NCBI GenBank assembly: GCA_020348985.1 | Contig: CP070761.1 | Location: 3,065,494 to 3,129,493, forward strand | DNA: 64,000 nucleotides | Source of the DNA: Candidatus Thorarchaeota archaeon | Lineage (GTDB): Archaea; Asgardarchaeota; Thorarchaeia; Thorarchaeales; Thorarchaeaceae | Direction: 5' to 3' | In this document: positions 19,130 to 28,481 of the stretch, in pieces | Numbering within the stretch: position 1 is the stretch's first letter | How the letters are laid out: the number at the start of each line of letters is the position of its first letter | The notes under the pieces: model-generated | The model's database searches: none | What the model saw: only the letters and a program-made list of their open reading frames with translations | Told to the model about the DNA's origin: nothing | Made by a program: the position numbers and the translations under genes

Positions 19130-19921
19130 ATGGACTACCCTAAGGGACTTCTTCTGCCGGACATCGAAAAGGCAGTTTCTGTCATTACTGATTTCATCAA
19201 GGAGTACTTCGAATCTGCTGGAGCAGAGAAGGCCGTTATTGGCCTAAGTGGAGGAGTAGATTCGGCCCTTGCAGCTTGGCTCACATGTCGAGCAATCGAT
19301 TCCAAATCAGTTCTTGGTATCATGATACCTGTTGATGCATCAGCAGATGTTGAAAATATTGCAGACGCTCAGAACATGGCAGACGGACTTAGAGTCGGAT
19401 ACGAGATATTCGAGCTGAAGAACGTGATTCAGGCCTTCGAACCACTTGGTCTTGAAGGAATCTGCCTCGGGAATCTAACTGCGAGAATGAGAATGGCAAC
19501 GTTATACGGAAGGGCCAATCAAATCGGCGGATTGGTCATCGGCACTGGTAACAAGAGCGAGATTATGACTGGATACTTCACAAAACACGGAGATGGAGCA
19601 GTTGACCTTCTCCCTTTAGGAGACATGTACAAGACCAATGTCTATCAATTGGCCGCCCATGCCGGAATCCCAAGCAAGATAATCGGAAAAGCCCCATCTG
19701 CTGGATTGCTGCCTGGGCAGACAGATGAGGGCGAGTTGGGCATTATGTATCAGGAATTGGATTCGATTCTGTTTCTTCTCTATGAGAAAAAAATGAAGAA
19801 GGATCAGATTGTCAAGAGCGGCTACTCAGCGGATTCAGTGGACAGGGTCCAAAGACTTGTGAGTGCATCACAACACAAGAGAGACCCCACTCCAAAACCG
19901 TCCACTTGGAAGAAGCAGTGA
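19130..19921 (+). CDS. nadE: NH3-dependent NAD+ synthetase
   Basis: GLSGGVDS, GNLTARMRM, GTGNKSE, GYFTKHGDG, APSAGL..GQTDE, QHKR. Confidence 0.96.
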   Translation: MDYPKGLLLPDIEKAVSVITDFIKEYFESAGAEKAVIGLSGGVDSALAAWLTCRAIDSKSVLGIMIPVDASADVENIADAQNMADGLRVGYEIFELKNVIQAFEPLGLEGICLGNLTARMRMATLYGRANQIGGLVIGTGNKSEIMTGYFTKHGDGAVDLLPLGDMYKTNVYQLAAHAGIPSKIIGKAPSAGLLPGQTDEGELGIMYQELDSILFLLYEKKMKKDQIVKSGYSADSVDRVQRLVSASQHKRDPTPKPSTWKKQ

Positions 19922-19986
19922 AGGAAACGGTCCACCAAAGCAAACACTAATCATACCCCGAACCCACCAGGCATTGGGTTCACATT

Positions 19987-21855
19987 TTGAGGACGGTTAT
20001 TCCGATTCTGCTGATTCTTGTGTTGTCACTAGTGCCTTCGGCCAATTTCGCAAACCCTCCACAACCCAACCATGAAAGTTCATTGACTTCAGCTTCGACA
20101 GTCTATGCGACCGATCTTGCTGAAGAAATCTACAATCTAGTCTGTGAAGACTCTTTCAAGCAGTTCATAATCAAGGTATCCGAGAACGGTACGAGAGAAT
20201 ACGAGACAGCAGAGAATGTCTACGCGAAGTTTTGGATCATGAGTCAACTCGAGAATGTCTCAGATGGTGCCATTGAAGTCACAGAATTTGGAGAACACGA
20301 CTCGGTCTTGGGACGCCTTCCGGGCACTCTTGGGTCAGACGGCCCTGTTGTTATGGTGGGCGGTCACTATGACACGGTAGATGCACCTGGTGCAAACGAT
20401 GACGGCACTGGCATCGCAGCTGCACTGGAGTTGGCCCGGATCTTATCGAACTACACATGGCCACTTGACATATACTTTTGCTTCTGGAATGCTGAGGAAA
20501 TTGGACTTCACGGCTCTTGGGAGACTGCAGAGATGTTCGCGGAAGAGGAGAGGGACATTCTTGTCTACTTCAATATTGACATGCTTCTCGTTCAGGATCC
20601 AAGTGCTCCCACTGACGAGAGAATCTGGATGGTATACGACAACCATCCTGGAGCTCTGTTTCAGGATTCACAGTATTGGGCGGAGTTGACGCGAGTTATG
20701 AACAACAACTTTGACCAGCCTATAATCCTGCCACTCCCGGGTACTGAATTCCAGTTCTATGGACAGTCAGACCACTATCCATTCCATGCCACAGGCTACA
20801 GGAGTTCACTTTTCGCCTTTGAGAGCGGAATTAGTATAGATAGTGCGTTCCACTCACACAACGATACATGGGACAACCCTCTTTACAACTACACCATAGC
20901 AACAAGCACGGTCTCAAGTATTGGAGCGAGTATAGCGTACACTTTGAGCAGAACGATGGGTCAGCAGACAGTCTCAAAGTACAATTTCAATCTGATCCCT
21001 GGATCCACCAAGGAACTGTACATTGAGATTTCCATTGATACCGAACTAACTGTAGAGGGGAGTTGGTCAGGAGCAGACGGTCTCGAGTTCGCGCTGAGAA
21101 GGCCGTCCGGAGTAGCTCTTACCTATAACTCGACGTCTCTTTCTGAGGGGGTGAACGAAACGGTCCTCACGGGTAACACCTCAAATCTGGGACTTCATGT
21201 TCTCGAGATTGAGAACACAGGATCAGGCAACGTTGGTATCGAAGTCACGCTGTCACATGATACTGACATAGAAGGAAACGGCGTTCCAGACTGCTCCGAA
21301 CCATGGTATAACGATTTCAATGTCGATTCGGATCTTGATGGGATTTCTGACGGACATGAAGAGCTAATGGGGGATGATCGGTACGGGGACAATCCAGATA
21401 TTGATGGAGATGGGCTGTCCAACTTAGACGAAATCAATGTCTACGGAACAGATCATCTAAGCAGTGACACCGACACTGATGGCATGCCCGATGGTTGGGA
21501 GGTGGTGAACGGACTGGATCCATTGTCAGCTGGCGACCGGTTCGCAGATCCTGATGAAGATGGACTGTCGAACTTAGATGAGTTCTGGGTCGGAACTGAT
21601 CCTCACAACAACGATTCCGATTCTGACACTATGCCTGACGGATGGGAAATTGAAAATGACCTTGATCCTACCGTAGATGATTCGTTTCTCGACTCTGATG
21701 GAGATGGGCTCCTCAATAGTCTTGAGTATGCCTACGGTCTGAATCCAATGGTGGCTGATTGGATTGATCCGATTATTCCAATCTCACTTGGAGGAGCATC
21801 GGTTGTCTTCATAGTTCTCGTTGTCATCTATGTTAGGAGAAAAGGAACTGCGTAG
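19987..21855 (+). CDS. Membrane-anchored M28 metallopeptidase with Ca-binding TSP3-like repeats
   Basis: Signal peptide; GHYD, GANDDGTG, NAEEIG, NIDM, SDHYPF, FHSHND; DxDxDG(M/L)xDxxE repeats; C-terminal TM. Confidence 0.9.
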   Translation: MRTVIPILLILVLSLVPSANFANPPQPNHESSLTSASTVYATDLAEEIYNLVCEDSFKQFIIKVSENGTREYETAENVYAKFWIMSQLENVSDGAIEVTEFGEHDSVLGRLPGTLGSDGPVVMVGGHYDTVDAPGANDDGTGIAAALELARILSNYTWPLDIYFCFWNAEEIGLHGSWETAEMFAEEERDILVYFNIDMLLVQDPSAPTDERIWMVYDNHPGALFQDSQYWAELTRVMNNNFDQPIILPLPGTEFQFYGQSDHYPFHATGYRSSLFAFESGISIDSAFHSHNDTWDNPLYNYTIATSTVSSIGASIAYTLSRTMGQQTVSKYNFNLIPGSTKELYIEISIDTELTVEGSWSGADGLEFALRRPSGVALTYNSTSLSEGVNETVLTGNTSNLGLHVLEIENTGSGNVGIEVTLSHDTDIEGNGVPDCSEPWYNDFNVDSDLDGISDGHEELMGDDRYGDNPDIDGDGLSNLDEINVYGTDHLSSDTDTDGMPDGWEVVNGLDPLSAGDRFADPDEDGLSNLDEFWVGTDPHNNDSDSDTMPDGWEIENDLDPTVDDSFLDSDGDGLLNSLEYAYGLNPMVADWIDPIIPISLGGASVVFIVLVVIYVRRKGTA

Positions 21856-21860
21856 CGTAT

Positions 21861-22138
21861 TTATCTGATTCTCAGCCGCGGTGGTCACGAGTCCGGGATT
21901 CTTTCAGTGACTCCGCTGGCCTCAAGATCTAGCTTGACAGTTGTGTAATATCAGCTCACAGATCCCTCGAAGTGGCTTCCAATCCTACGATTGATTTCTT
22001 GGCGTAGCTGCGTGAACTCCATCTCGTTTGTTCCTACAGAATTTCGAGTATTGCAGAATTGATTACGTCACATTTGCCCTTCTCGATGATTGCCCCTGCT
22101 TGCATCGTCAAGTGCTTTGTCAGCATCTTGTCAGAAAA
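21861..22138 (-). pseudogene. Degraded small winged-helix-type protein gene (DUF6958-like)
   Basis: Minus strand reads DKMLTKH...KCDVINSAILEIL*, then after a frameshift EMEFTQLRQEINRRIGSHFEGSVS*YYTTVKLDLEASGVTERIPDS*PPRLRIR*; internal TGA codons at 21951-21953 and 21885-21887. Confidence 0.7.
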
Positions 22139-22317
22139 TCGAATGCTCTCCGTGAGACTCCTATCACCTTGTTGCTGCCGAAGCAGAATTATTCTTTGCC
22201 TAGAGGCAGGAGGTGGGATTGCGTCAATGTAACTATGTTTTTCAGTGGTTCGTATGAAACGTTATCCTGTTCTGACATGTATTGCGATTCGTCTTTGAAG
22301 AAAGGAGCCGTCCAGAT

Positions 22318-24207
22318 ATGAAGACCAAGGTTGTGCTTCTGGCTTTGCTGATAACACTGGCAATGCCTCTATTGACGACTCGATTCGCTGAGATTGACAA
22401 GCAAAGCAACTTCACACTGTTCTCCGAGGTTCACCTCTCAAGCACCTCTTACTCAAATGACATCGTGAGGACAATATACAACAGCGTTTCTGAGACATCA
22501 TACAGAGGGTTGGTCAGGGAGTTTGCGGAGATTGGCCCGAAACCCTTTGGCAGTCAAGCAAATGAGAATACCATCAACTGGATTATCTCAAAACTCGATG
22601 ATCTATCAAGTGGCAAGATTGAATCAGAGATAGTAGGATCATATCGATCCGTGCTCGGGAGGCTTCCAGGAGACCTAGGCGAACAAGGTCCTTGCATGAT
22701 TGTTGGGGGACATTTGGATACAGTAGAAGTTGCCCCGGGAGCAAATGATGATGGATCTGGTGTAGCAACCGCACTGGAATTGGCTCGAGTATTCTCACAG
22801 CACTCGTGGCCATTGGACATCTACTTCGGTTTCTGGAATGCAGAAGAAGATGGTCTTCTTGGTTCCTATCAGGTTGCCGATGAGGTCACAGAGCGTGATC
22901 TCGATGTGCTGGTTGTCTTCAACCTAGATATGATACTGAATACGGATGATTCGATCGGCAGCGATCAGAGAGTGTACATGGGCTACAATGATGATGCACC
23001 CAGATTCCACGATTCACAGTTTTGGGCGGAACTCTCTCGTGTCATGAATAGCAATTATGGAGACCCAGTTGTTCGCCCAACGCAGTCCAGTGATATTTCC
23101 CACTGGGCATTCAGCGACCACTATGCATTCCTCATGAGGGGTTTTGACAATGTTGTGTACGCGAGTCAAGCAAAGTCTGACGATTCTTACTGGCATACTC
23201 CGCAAGACGATTGGGACAATAGCGCGTATGACTACGAGACTGCCACTGGGGTTGTCGCCAGTATGGGTGCAGCGATGGCTTACGCGACCAATCTTGCACT
23301 TGGTCAAAGAACCATTGAGAAGCAGTCATTCTCTATTGATGCTGGAACCACCGGAACTTATTTTGTAGAAATGAGCTACGTGTCGAACATCACTGTGAGC
23401 TTTGATTCCAGCCTCGCAGATGACATAGGATTGACCGCAAACGGACCTGGCAGCAGTTCACTAACGATAGAGCTGCTGAATGACTATTCGGCTCCAGATA
23501 CTGTCACGTTCAACGTAACAACCGAATACCTTGGACTTCACAGTTTACATTTCGAGAATCTCTTAGGTGAGACAATTTCGTTTGATGTCTTCGTTGATTA
23601 CGACACAGACATTAGAGGTGATGGTGTGGCTGACAGCACTGAGTTTTGGTACAACCCCCATCAACTCGATAGTGACAATGATGGAATCTCAGATGCGGAT
23701 GAGCTCTCAATGGGAACAGACCCATACAGCAACGATACTGATCTAGATGGGCTCCATGATTACCTTGAGCTTCACACTTACGACACAAGCCCGTTAAACA
23801 ATGATACAGATTTCGATTCAATGCCTGATGGCTATGAAATCCAGTTCAATCTGAATCCGAATCGTGATGACGCCGATGAAGACGCCGACCGGGATGGACT
23901 AACGAATGTTGAGGAATACTTGCTGGGAACTCACCCGAGGTCCGACGATACCGAAAAAGACGGTATGAGTGATGGATGGGAAGTTGAGCACGGTCTCAAT
24001 CCTTTCGTGAATGATGCAGCGCTCGACTTGGATGGCGATGGTATGTTGAATCTACAGGAGTTTCTGAGTCGTAGAGATCCGAATGCTGATGACTTCGTTC
24101 GGACCGTACAAGACCCAGATGCTGTCGAGTGGGTAGTGCTATCAGCTTTGGCAGTCTCGCCGTTATGTCTCATTCTTGTCCTGATACGACGATTGCGGTC
24201 TCGCTAG
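22318..24207 (+). CDS. Membrane-anchored M28 metallopeptidase with TSP3-like repeats (paralogue of 19987..21855)
   Basis: GHLD, GANDDGSG, NAEEDG, NLDM, SDHYAF, WHTPQD; same domain order as the first copy. Confidence 0.9.
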   Translation: MKTKVVLLALLITLAMPLLTTRFAEIDKQSNFTLFSEVHLSSTSYSNDIVRTIYNSVSETSYRGLVREFAEIGPKPFGSQANENTINWIISKLDDLSSGKIESEIVGSYRSVLGRLPGDLGEQGPCMIVGGHLDTVEVAPGANDDGSGVATALELARVFSQHSWPLDIYFGFWNAEEDGLLGSYQVADEVTERDLDVLVVFNLDMILNTDDSIGSDQRVYMGYNDDAPRFHDSQFWAELSRVMNSNYGDPVVRPTQSSDISHWAFSDHYAFLMRGFDNVVYASQAKSDDSYWHTPQDDWDNSAYDYETATGVVASMGAAMAYATNLALGQRTIEKQSFSIDAGTTGTYFVEMSYVSNITVSFDSSLADDIGLTANGPGSSSLTIELLNDYSAPDTVTFNVTTEYLGLHSLHFENLLGETISFDVFVDYDTDIRGDGVADSTEFWYNPHQLDSDNDGISDADELSMGTDPYSNDTDLDGLHDYLELHTYDTSPLNNDTDFDSMPDGYEIQFNLNPNRDDADEDADRDGLTNVEEYLLGTHPRSDDTEKDGMSDGWEVEHGLNPFVNDAALDLDGDGMLNLQEFLSRRDPNADDFVRTVQDPDAVEWVVLSALAVSPLCLILVLIRRLRSR

Positions 24208-24287
24208 CCAACTTGAGACAATGCACTATGCTCATATTGTGGTCTTCCTTCCAACCTCGCTTGGTTGTACCTAGGAAGTGTTTTAGA

Positions 24288-24668
24288 ATGCGAAAGATCG
24301 AAGTCAGAAGTGCATTAGGGGCCAAGAGTAAGGCCCACTACTCGGCTGCTGTTGTGCACGAGAACCTCGTCTATGTGTCAGGTCAGCTTCCGGTTGACAT
24401 GGATACAGGAAGTCTGCCGGAAGGGAAAATCGATGAACAGACCAGACAGGCTCTTTCGAATTTATCAAGGATTCTGGAAGCATCAGGTAGCTCCTTGGAT
24501 AAGGTACTGAGGACAACTGCCTATATCTCGGACGTATCTCACTGGGGTGACGTAGACAAAGTGTATGCGGAAGTCTTCAATCAACACAAGCCTGCAAGAA
24601 CGGTTGTTCCAGTAAGCAATCTCCACTATGGGGCACTAATCGAGATAGATGCAGTAGCGTACATCTAG
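24288..24668 (+). CDS. RidA/YjgF-family imine deaminase
   Basis: HYS, YVSGQLP, PARTVV, LIEIDAVA. Confidence 0.92.
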   Translation: MRKIEVRSALGAKSKAHYSAAVVHENLVYVSGQLPVDMDTGSLPEGKIDEQTRQALSNLSRILEASGSSLDKVLRTTAYISDVSHWGDVDKVYAEVFNQHKPARTVVPVSNLHYGALIEIDAVAYI

Positions 24669-24809
24669 ATGGTCTAGATTGCCCAAGTGCAAATTCGCGA
24701 AACTCCGTGTTCAAGAAAGGGACCTTCTGACTGAGGATTCCGGAAGAAAGCTAAAGGTCGACTTGGCGAAGAATGATAATCACTCACTCAGTCGCCACCT
24801 TGAATCACA

Positions 24810-26084
24810 ATGAGATGTTCCACGAGATTGCATGGACTACTTCGGAGCATTAGGCCGATCCTTGTTCTCCTACTCTTTATCTTTCCCGCGCTCCTTATCA
24901 TGCAGGATATCGATGTAGAAGCTCATATTGAGCGAACGCAGAACGGCTCTGAATCCTCGCCCAGCAGCATTGCAAGAGACTATTGGCCTACGAATGGCTG
25001 GCGAAACTCGACACCCGAAGAACGAGGAATGGACTCTTCTAAACTGGAAGAAATGCTTGGCCGAATAGAGCAGGAGGATTGGAGCGTCAGCTTCATCATC
25101 GTGATAAAAGACGGGTATCTGGTGTTTGAGCACTTCTTCCATCGGCTATATCGGCCCCTTGGTAAAATTGACTTGTTCTCTTCAACCAGAAGCGTGACAG
25201 CTGCCGTATTTGGCATCGCGGTGGAACAGGGATACATCAATAATCTGAGTCAATCGGTTCTTGATTTCTTTCCTGACAGAACAATCGATAACATGAACTC
25301 GTGGAAGGAGAGCATTACGCTTGAGAATCTCCTTACAATGACGTCTGGTTTTGGGTGGGACGAATGGACAACAGTGTACGGCAGTTCTGACAACTCGTAT
25401 ACACAAATGAGAATCTCACGAGATTGGACACAATACATTCTCGATCTTCCGATGGATACCGAGCCTGGAACAGCATGGAACTTCTGTGGCGGCGACTCGC
25501 AATTGCTAACGGCAATTATCGAAAATGTGACGGACAGCAGGGCTTCAGACTTTGCTGAAGAACACCTATTTACACCGATGAATATTACAGACTTCAGATG
25601 GTTGACTGGTGCAGGGGGTGTCACAAACGGAGCTGGCGGATTGCAGATGACCCCTCATGACATGGCAAAGTATGGCTTCCTTTACCTGAACAACGGTACA
25701 TGGGACGGAAACCAGATCATTCCCGAAGAATGGGTTCAAAGATCGCTCGAGCCTCAAGTCGAAATCACAGAGGAAGGAAGCTATGGAGTTGACAGTCACT
25801 ATGGGTATCACTGGTGGATGCATGATTCAAGCGGAGTCTGCTTTACACATCGACTAATCGCCGGGAGAAACATCTTCATTGATCCAGAACATGACATCGT
25901 TGTAGTCATGGCGTGCTCAACGCCTCAGGATTACTATCCTCAAGAAGACCTCCTCTATGAGTACATCCTCGGTTCATTGATCGAGGGAGTGCCGCTAACC
26001 CTGCCTCTTGAGTTGCTTATAGTGGTTGGAGGCGTGGCCGCTGTTGTGGTTGTGCTCTTCGGAGTCCGAGTTAAAAGAGGTTAG
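24810..26084 (+). CDS. Exported beta-lactamase/serine-hydrolase-fold protein with degenerate active site
   Basis: YWPTNGW, ITLENLLTMTSG, EPG, MTPHDMAKYG.LYLNNG.W, YGYHWW; SxxK reads SSTR; C-terminal TM. Confidence 0.88.
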   Translation: MRCSTRLHGLLRSIRPILVLLLFIFPALLIMQDIDVEAHIERTQNGSESSPSSIARDYWPTNGWRNSTPEERGMDSSKLEEMLGRIEQEDWSVSFIIVIKDGYLVFEHFFHRLYRPLGKIDLFSSTRSVTAAVFGIAVEQGYINNLSQSVLDFFPDRTIDNMNSWKESITLENLLTMTSGFGWDEWTTVYGSSDNSYTQMRISRDWTQYILDLPMDTEPGTAWNFCGGDSQLLTAIIENVTDSRASDFAEEHLFTPMNITDFRWLTGAGGVTNGAGGLQMTPHDMAKYGFLYLNNGTWDGNQIIPEEWVQRSLEPQVEITEEGSYGVDSHYGYHWWMHDSSGVCFTHRLIAGRNIFIDPEHDIVVVMACSTPQDYYPQEDLLYEYILGSLIEGVPLTLPLELLIVVGGVAAVVVVLFGVRVKRG

Positions 26085-26132
26085 TTTCGAGTAGATTTGC
26101 ATGAATTGCAAACTGTCCTAGCGAGAGAGCTC

Positions 26133-26768
26133 TCAAAGCTTTACAGCAACCGTACAGCCCGTTCCGATTGGCAGAATCGTGCTTTGAACAGGCATCTTTA
26201 GGAGCATCTCATTGAAGTCGTGTATCTTGGAAAGAGAATCGGACCATTTCTCTTTCGGACTTCTCACTGGGAACAAAGTGTTGTCCACAAGGAAGAGTCC
26301 TCCCTTCCTTAGAACACGGATGCAGTCGTCAAGCATTACAGGGTAGAGTGGTTTCGCAGAATCCTGAAAAACAATATCAAAGGTTTCGTCTTCAAAGTCC
26401 TTGATTGTCTCTGATGCATCACCGACTATGATATCGATAACATCTGAGACGCCTTCTCTACTGAAAATGTTCTTCGTTATTTCGGCCCAAGATGAATCAA
26501 TCTCGAGTGTCGTGATTCTCCCTCCGTAAGTCCTTGCTGCAAGGGCCATTGAAGTCGTGGAGAAACCAATACTTGTTCCAATCTCGAGAATTCTCTTGGG
26601 TCGTACAAGATGTATCAATGTCTTAAACAGGCGAGCGGCCTCATCTGTAATGGGAGATCCAAAGTCATTCCGACTCACTCTTGCAACATAATCGAGCCTC
26701 TTCGGGTCATCTTGTTCTTCGTAGATTCTCTCAATGTACTCCATCGCTTTCTTGTACTCGACTGACAT
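26133..26768 (-). CDS. O-methyltransferase (CCoAOMT/YrrM-like)
   Basis: ILEIGTSIGFS, GDA, FDIVFQDSAK, LRKGG...DN. Confidence 0.9.
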   Translation of the reverse strand: MSVEYKKAMEYIERIYEEQDDPKRLDYVARVSRNDFGSPITDEAARLFKTLIHLVRPKRILEIGTSIGFSTTSMALAARTYGGRITTLEIDSSWAEITKNIFSREGVSDVIDIIVGDASETIKDFEDETFDIVFQDSAKPLYPVMLDDCIRVLRKGGLFLVDNTLFPVRSPKEKWSDSLSKIHDFNEMLLKMPVQSTILPIGTGCTVAVKL

Positions 26769-26903
26769 TCTCAGTTCACCCAGCCTTGGATGGGAGACAA
26801 TTCAGACTATGTCCTCAGTTTCGTAGGAAATAACAAAGGTCTTTGGGTGCCTCAACGTCAAGTGAATACCCCAAAGGGGACCTTTGGCGTATGAAGTGAC
26901 TTG

Positions 26904-27695
26904 CTACTCTCCACCTGCCGCGGCGATTGGCGAAAGATGAATCAAAAGCTGTCCCGATAGGTAGGTGATTCCGACTGCAAAGCTGTCAAGGAAATCAGAG
27001 CTGGCGAAAGTTCTCACACCTATTACCCAATCTGAGAAGAAGAAGAGCAAGAATCCCGCTACAATCGCTATCTTGAACAGAATCTGAAAGTCGTCGAACC
27101 ATTTTGTGATCGCAAAGGCGATAACAGTTGCAAACAGCAGCCCATAACAGATTACAGCTATGCTCATTTCAATTTGTGTCGGATTGAAGACTGTGAAGTA
27201 GAACAAACCAGTCACTGCAATGAAACACATGATTAGGATGACAAGGTTCACTAGTAGCAGACGTGGCTGATCAGGTGCTTCAGTAGGCGACTCAGATCTA
27301 GGTCTCAGAAGAAGAGGAGATCTTGTCCTGAGCGCTAGTATGTAGAACAAATGCCCAATGGTGAAGAAGATTATGCCGTTGATGAGTGTGTCTGAAGTTA
27401 TGTAGAAGAGGCCGGCCATTAGGAAGTCACCAACCGAGCTGAAGACCATAGCAGAAAAAAGGAACAGAACATAGAGGAACCACTTGGCGTCTCCTTTGAG
27501 ATAGTTGTATAGGAGGTTTAGAAACGCTATTCCCACAAGGGCAAGAGATGCTGTAAGAAACGCCACCTGATCATTAGCGCCTCTTGTGATGTAGGTCCAT
27601 GTGTAGATGCCAGTTATCCCCAGCATCAGAAGAATAGCAATAAGACGGGCATATCCGATTATCCGGGCTATCGAGCTCTCTGACAACCTAATCAC
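26904..27695 (-). CDS. YhhN/TMEM86-like lysoplasmalogenase-family membrane protein
   Basis: FSSVGDFLM, FFTIGHLFYI, LLFFFSD, TYLSGQLLI. Confidence 0.8.
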   Translation of the reverse strand: MIRLSESSIARIIGYARLIAILLMLGITGIYTWTYITRGANDQVAFLTASLALVGIAFLNLLYNYLKGDAKWFLYVLFLFSAMVFSSVGDFLMAGLFYITSDTLINGIIFFTIGHLFYILALRTRSPLLLRPRSESPTEAPDQPRLLLVNLVILIMCFIAVTGLFYFTVFNPTQIEMSIAVICYGLLFATVIAFAITKWFDDFQILFKIAIVAGFLLFFFSDWVIGVRTFASSDFLDSFAVGITYLSGQLLIHLSPIAAAGGE

Positions 27696-27818
27696 TCCTT
27701 TCGGGTATAGGCATGTTCAGGAGTGTCACGCCTATCTAAATCTCTTGGCGCTAGAATGATTCACAAAGAGGAAAGAGGAGTTGACGGCATTTCAACCATC
27801 AACCCCAGCAAGACAGTC

Positions 27819-28478
27819 CTACTTCATCGATTTGACCCAATCGTATACAGGTGCACAAAGCTCCTTCATTCGCTCCTTCTCTGGGTTCATTGGACTTGGT
27901 TCCCAACCGTCATCAGGCTCAAACCACCAGTCAGTCACTGTACCCCGGCGGTCCTCTTTTGGTGCCCAAACTACCTTGACAGGCATTCCAAATTCAGCAT
28001 TCCAAGGATCAATGCCTCGCAGTTCATTTGCAATAGCTGTCTTGCAGCCATCAACGACGACATAAGCTAACACGAACGGGAGTCTCTTGAGAGACGACTT
28101 CCCACTCCATCCAGCTATAGTAAAGGTATGAACAATTCCTTCTCCCTTGAGCTTGATCCACTCCGACTTTGCCAGATTGCATTCCACATCCCAGCAGTTC
28201 ACTCGGGGCGGGAAGAACTTGTCACCACAGTTCGGACACTGAGTTGCCCAGAATTCGCCATCAAGAAAGCCTTTGCCCATCTTGGATATTTCAGCTAGTT
28301 TCCAATAGTAAAGTTGGTCGTAGTGAAGATAGACTTTGAATTGCTCCTCGTCAGCATCCCAATCATACCCAGCGAAGTGAAATCCGATTTCTTTGACATC
28401 CCCGCGGAAATCGTCTTTGTGGCTGTCTGAGAACTTGACCTCATCGGGTATCCTATGCATTCGCTTGTCATCACCCAT
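27819..28478 (-). CDS. DUF35 Zn-ribbon/OB-fold protein with N-terminal extension
   Basis: CPNCGDKFFPPRVNCWDVEC, G.VHTFT, PFVLAYVVVDG, GMPVKVVW. Confidence 0.9.
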   Translation of the reverse strand: MGDDKRMHRIPDEVKFSDSHKDDFRGDVKEIGFHFAGYDWDADEEQFKVYLHYDQLYYWKLAEISKMGKGFLDGEFWATQCPNCGDKFFPPRVNCWDVECNLAKSEWIKLKGEGIVHTFTIAGWSGKSSLKRLPFVLAYVVVDGCKTAIANELRGIDPWNAEFGMPVKVVWAPKEDRRGTVTDWWFEPDDGWEPSPMNPEKERMKELCAPVYDWVKSMK

Positions 28479-28481
28479 TCT

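Noticed and set aside
21320-21760. Asp-rich repeats in the M28 genes as CRISPR or DNA tandem repeats
   Set aside because: The repeats exist only at protein level (DxDxDG). The DNA is degenerate and there is no repeat-spacer structure.
21885-21953. In-frame TGA codons as selenocysteine or alternative-code readthrough
   Set aside because: They fall at apparent Trp and Arg positions (single transitions from TGG and CGA) and come with a frameshift. TGA is a normal stop in many genes here, so this is pseudogene decay.
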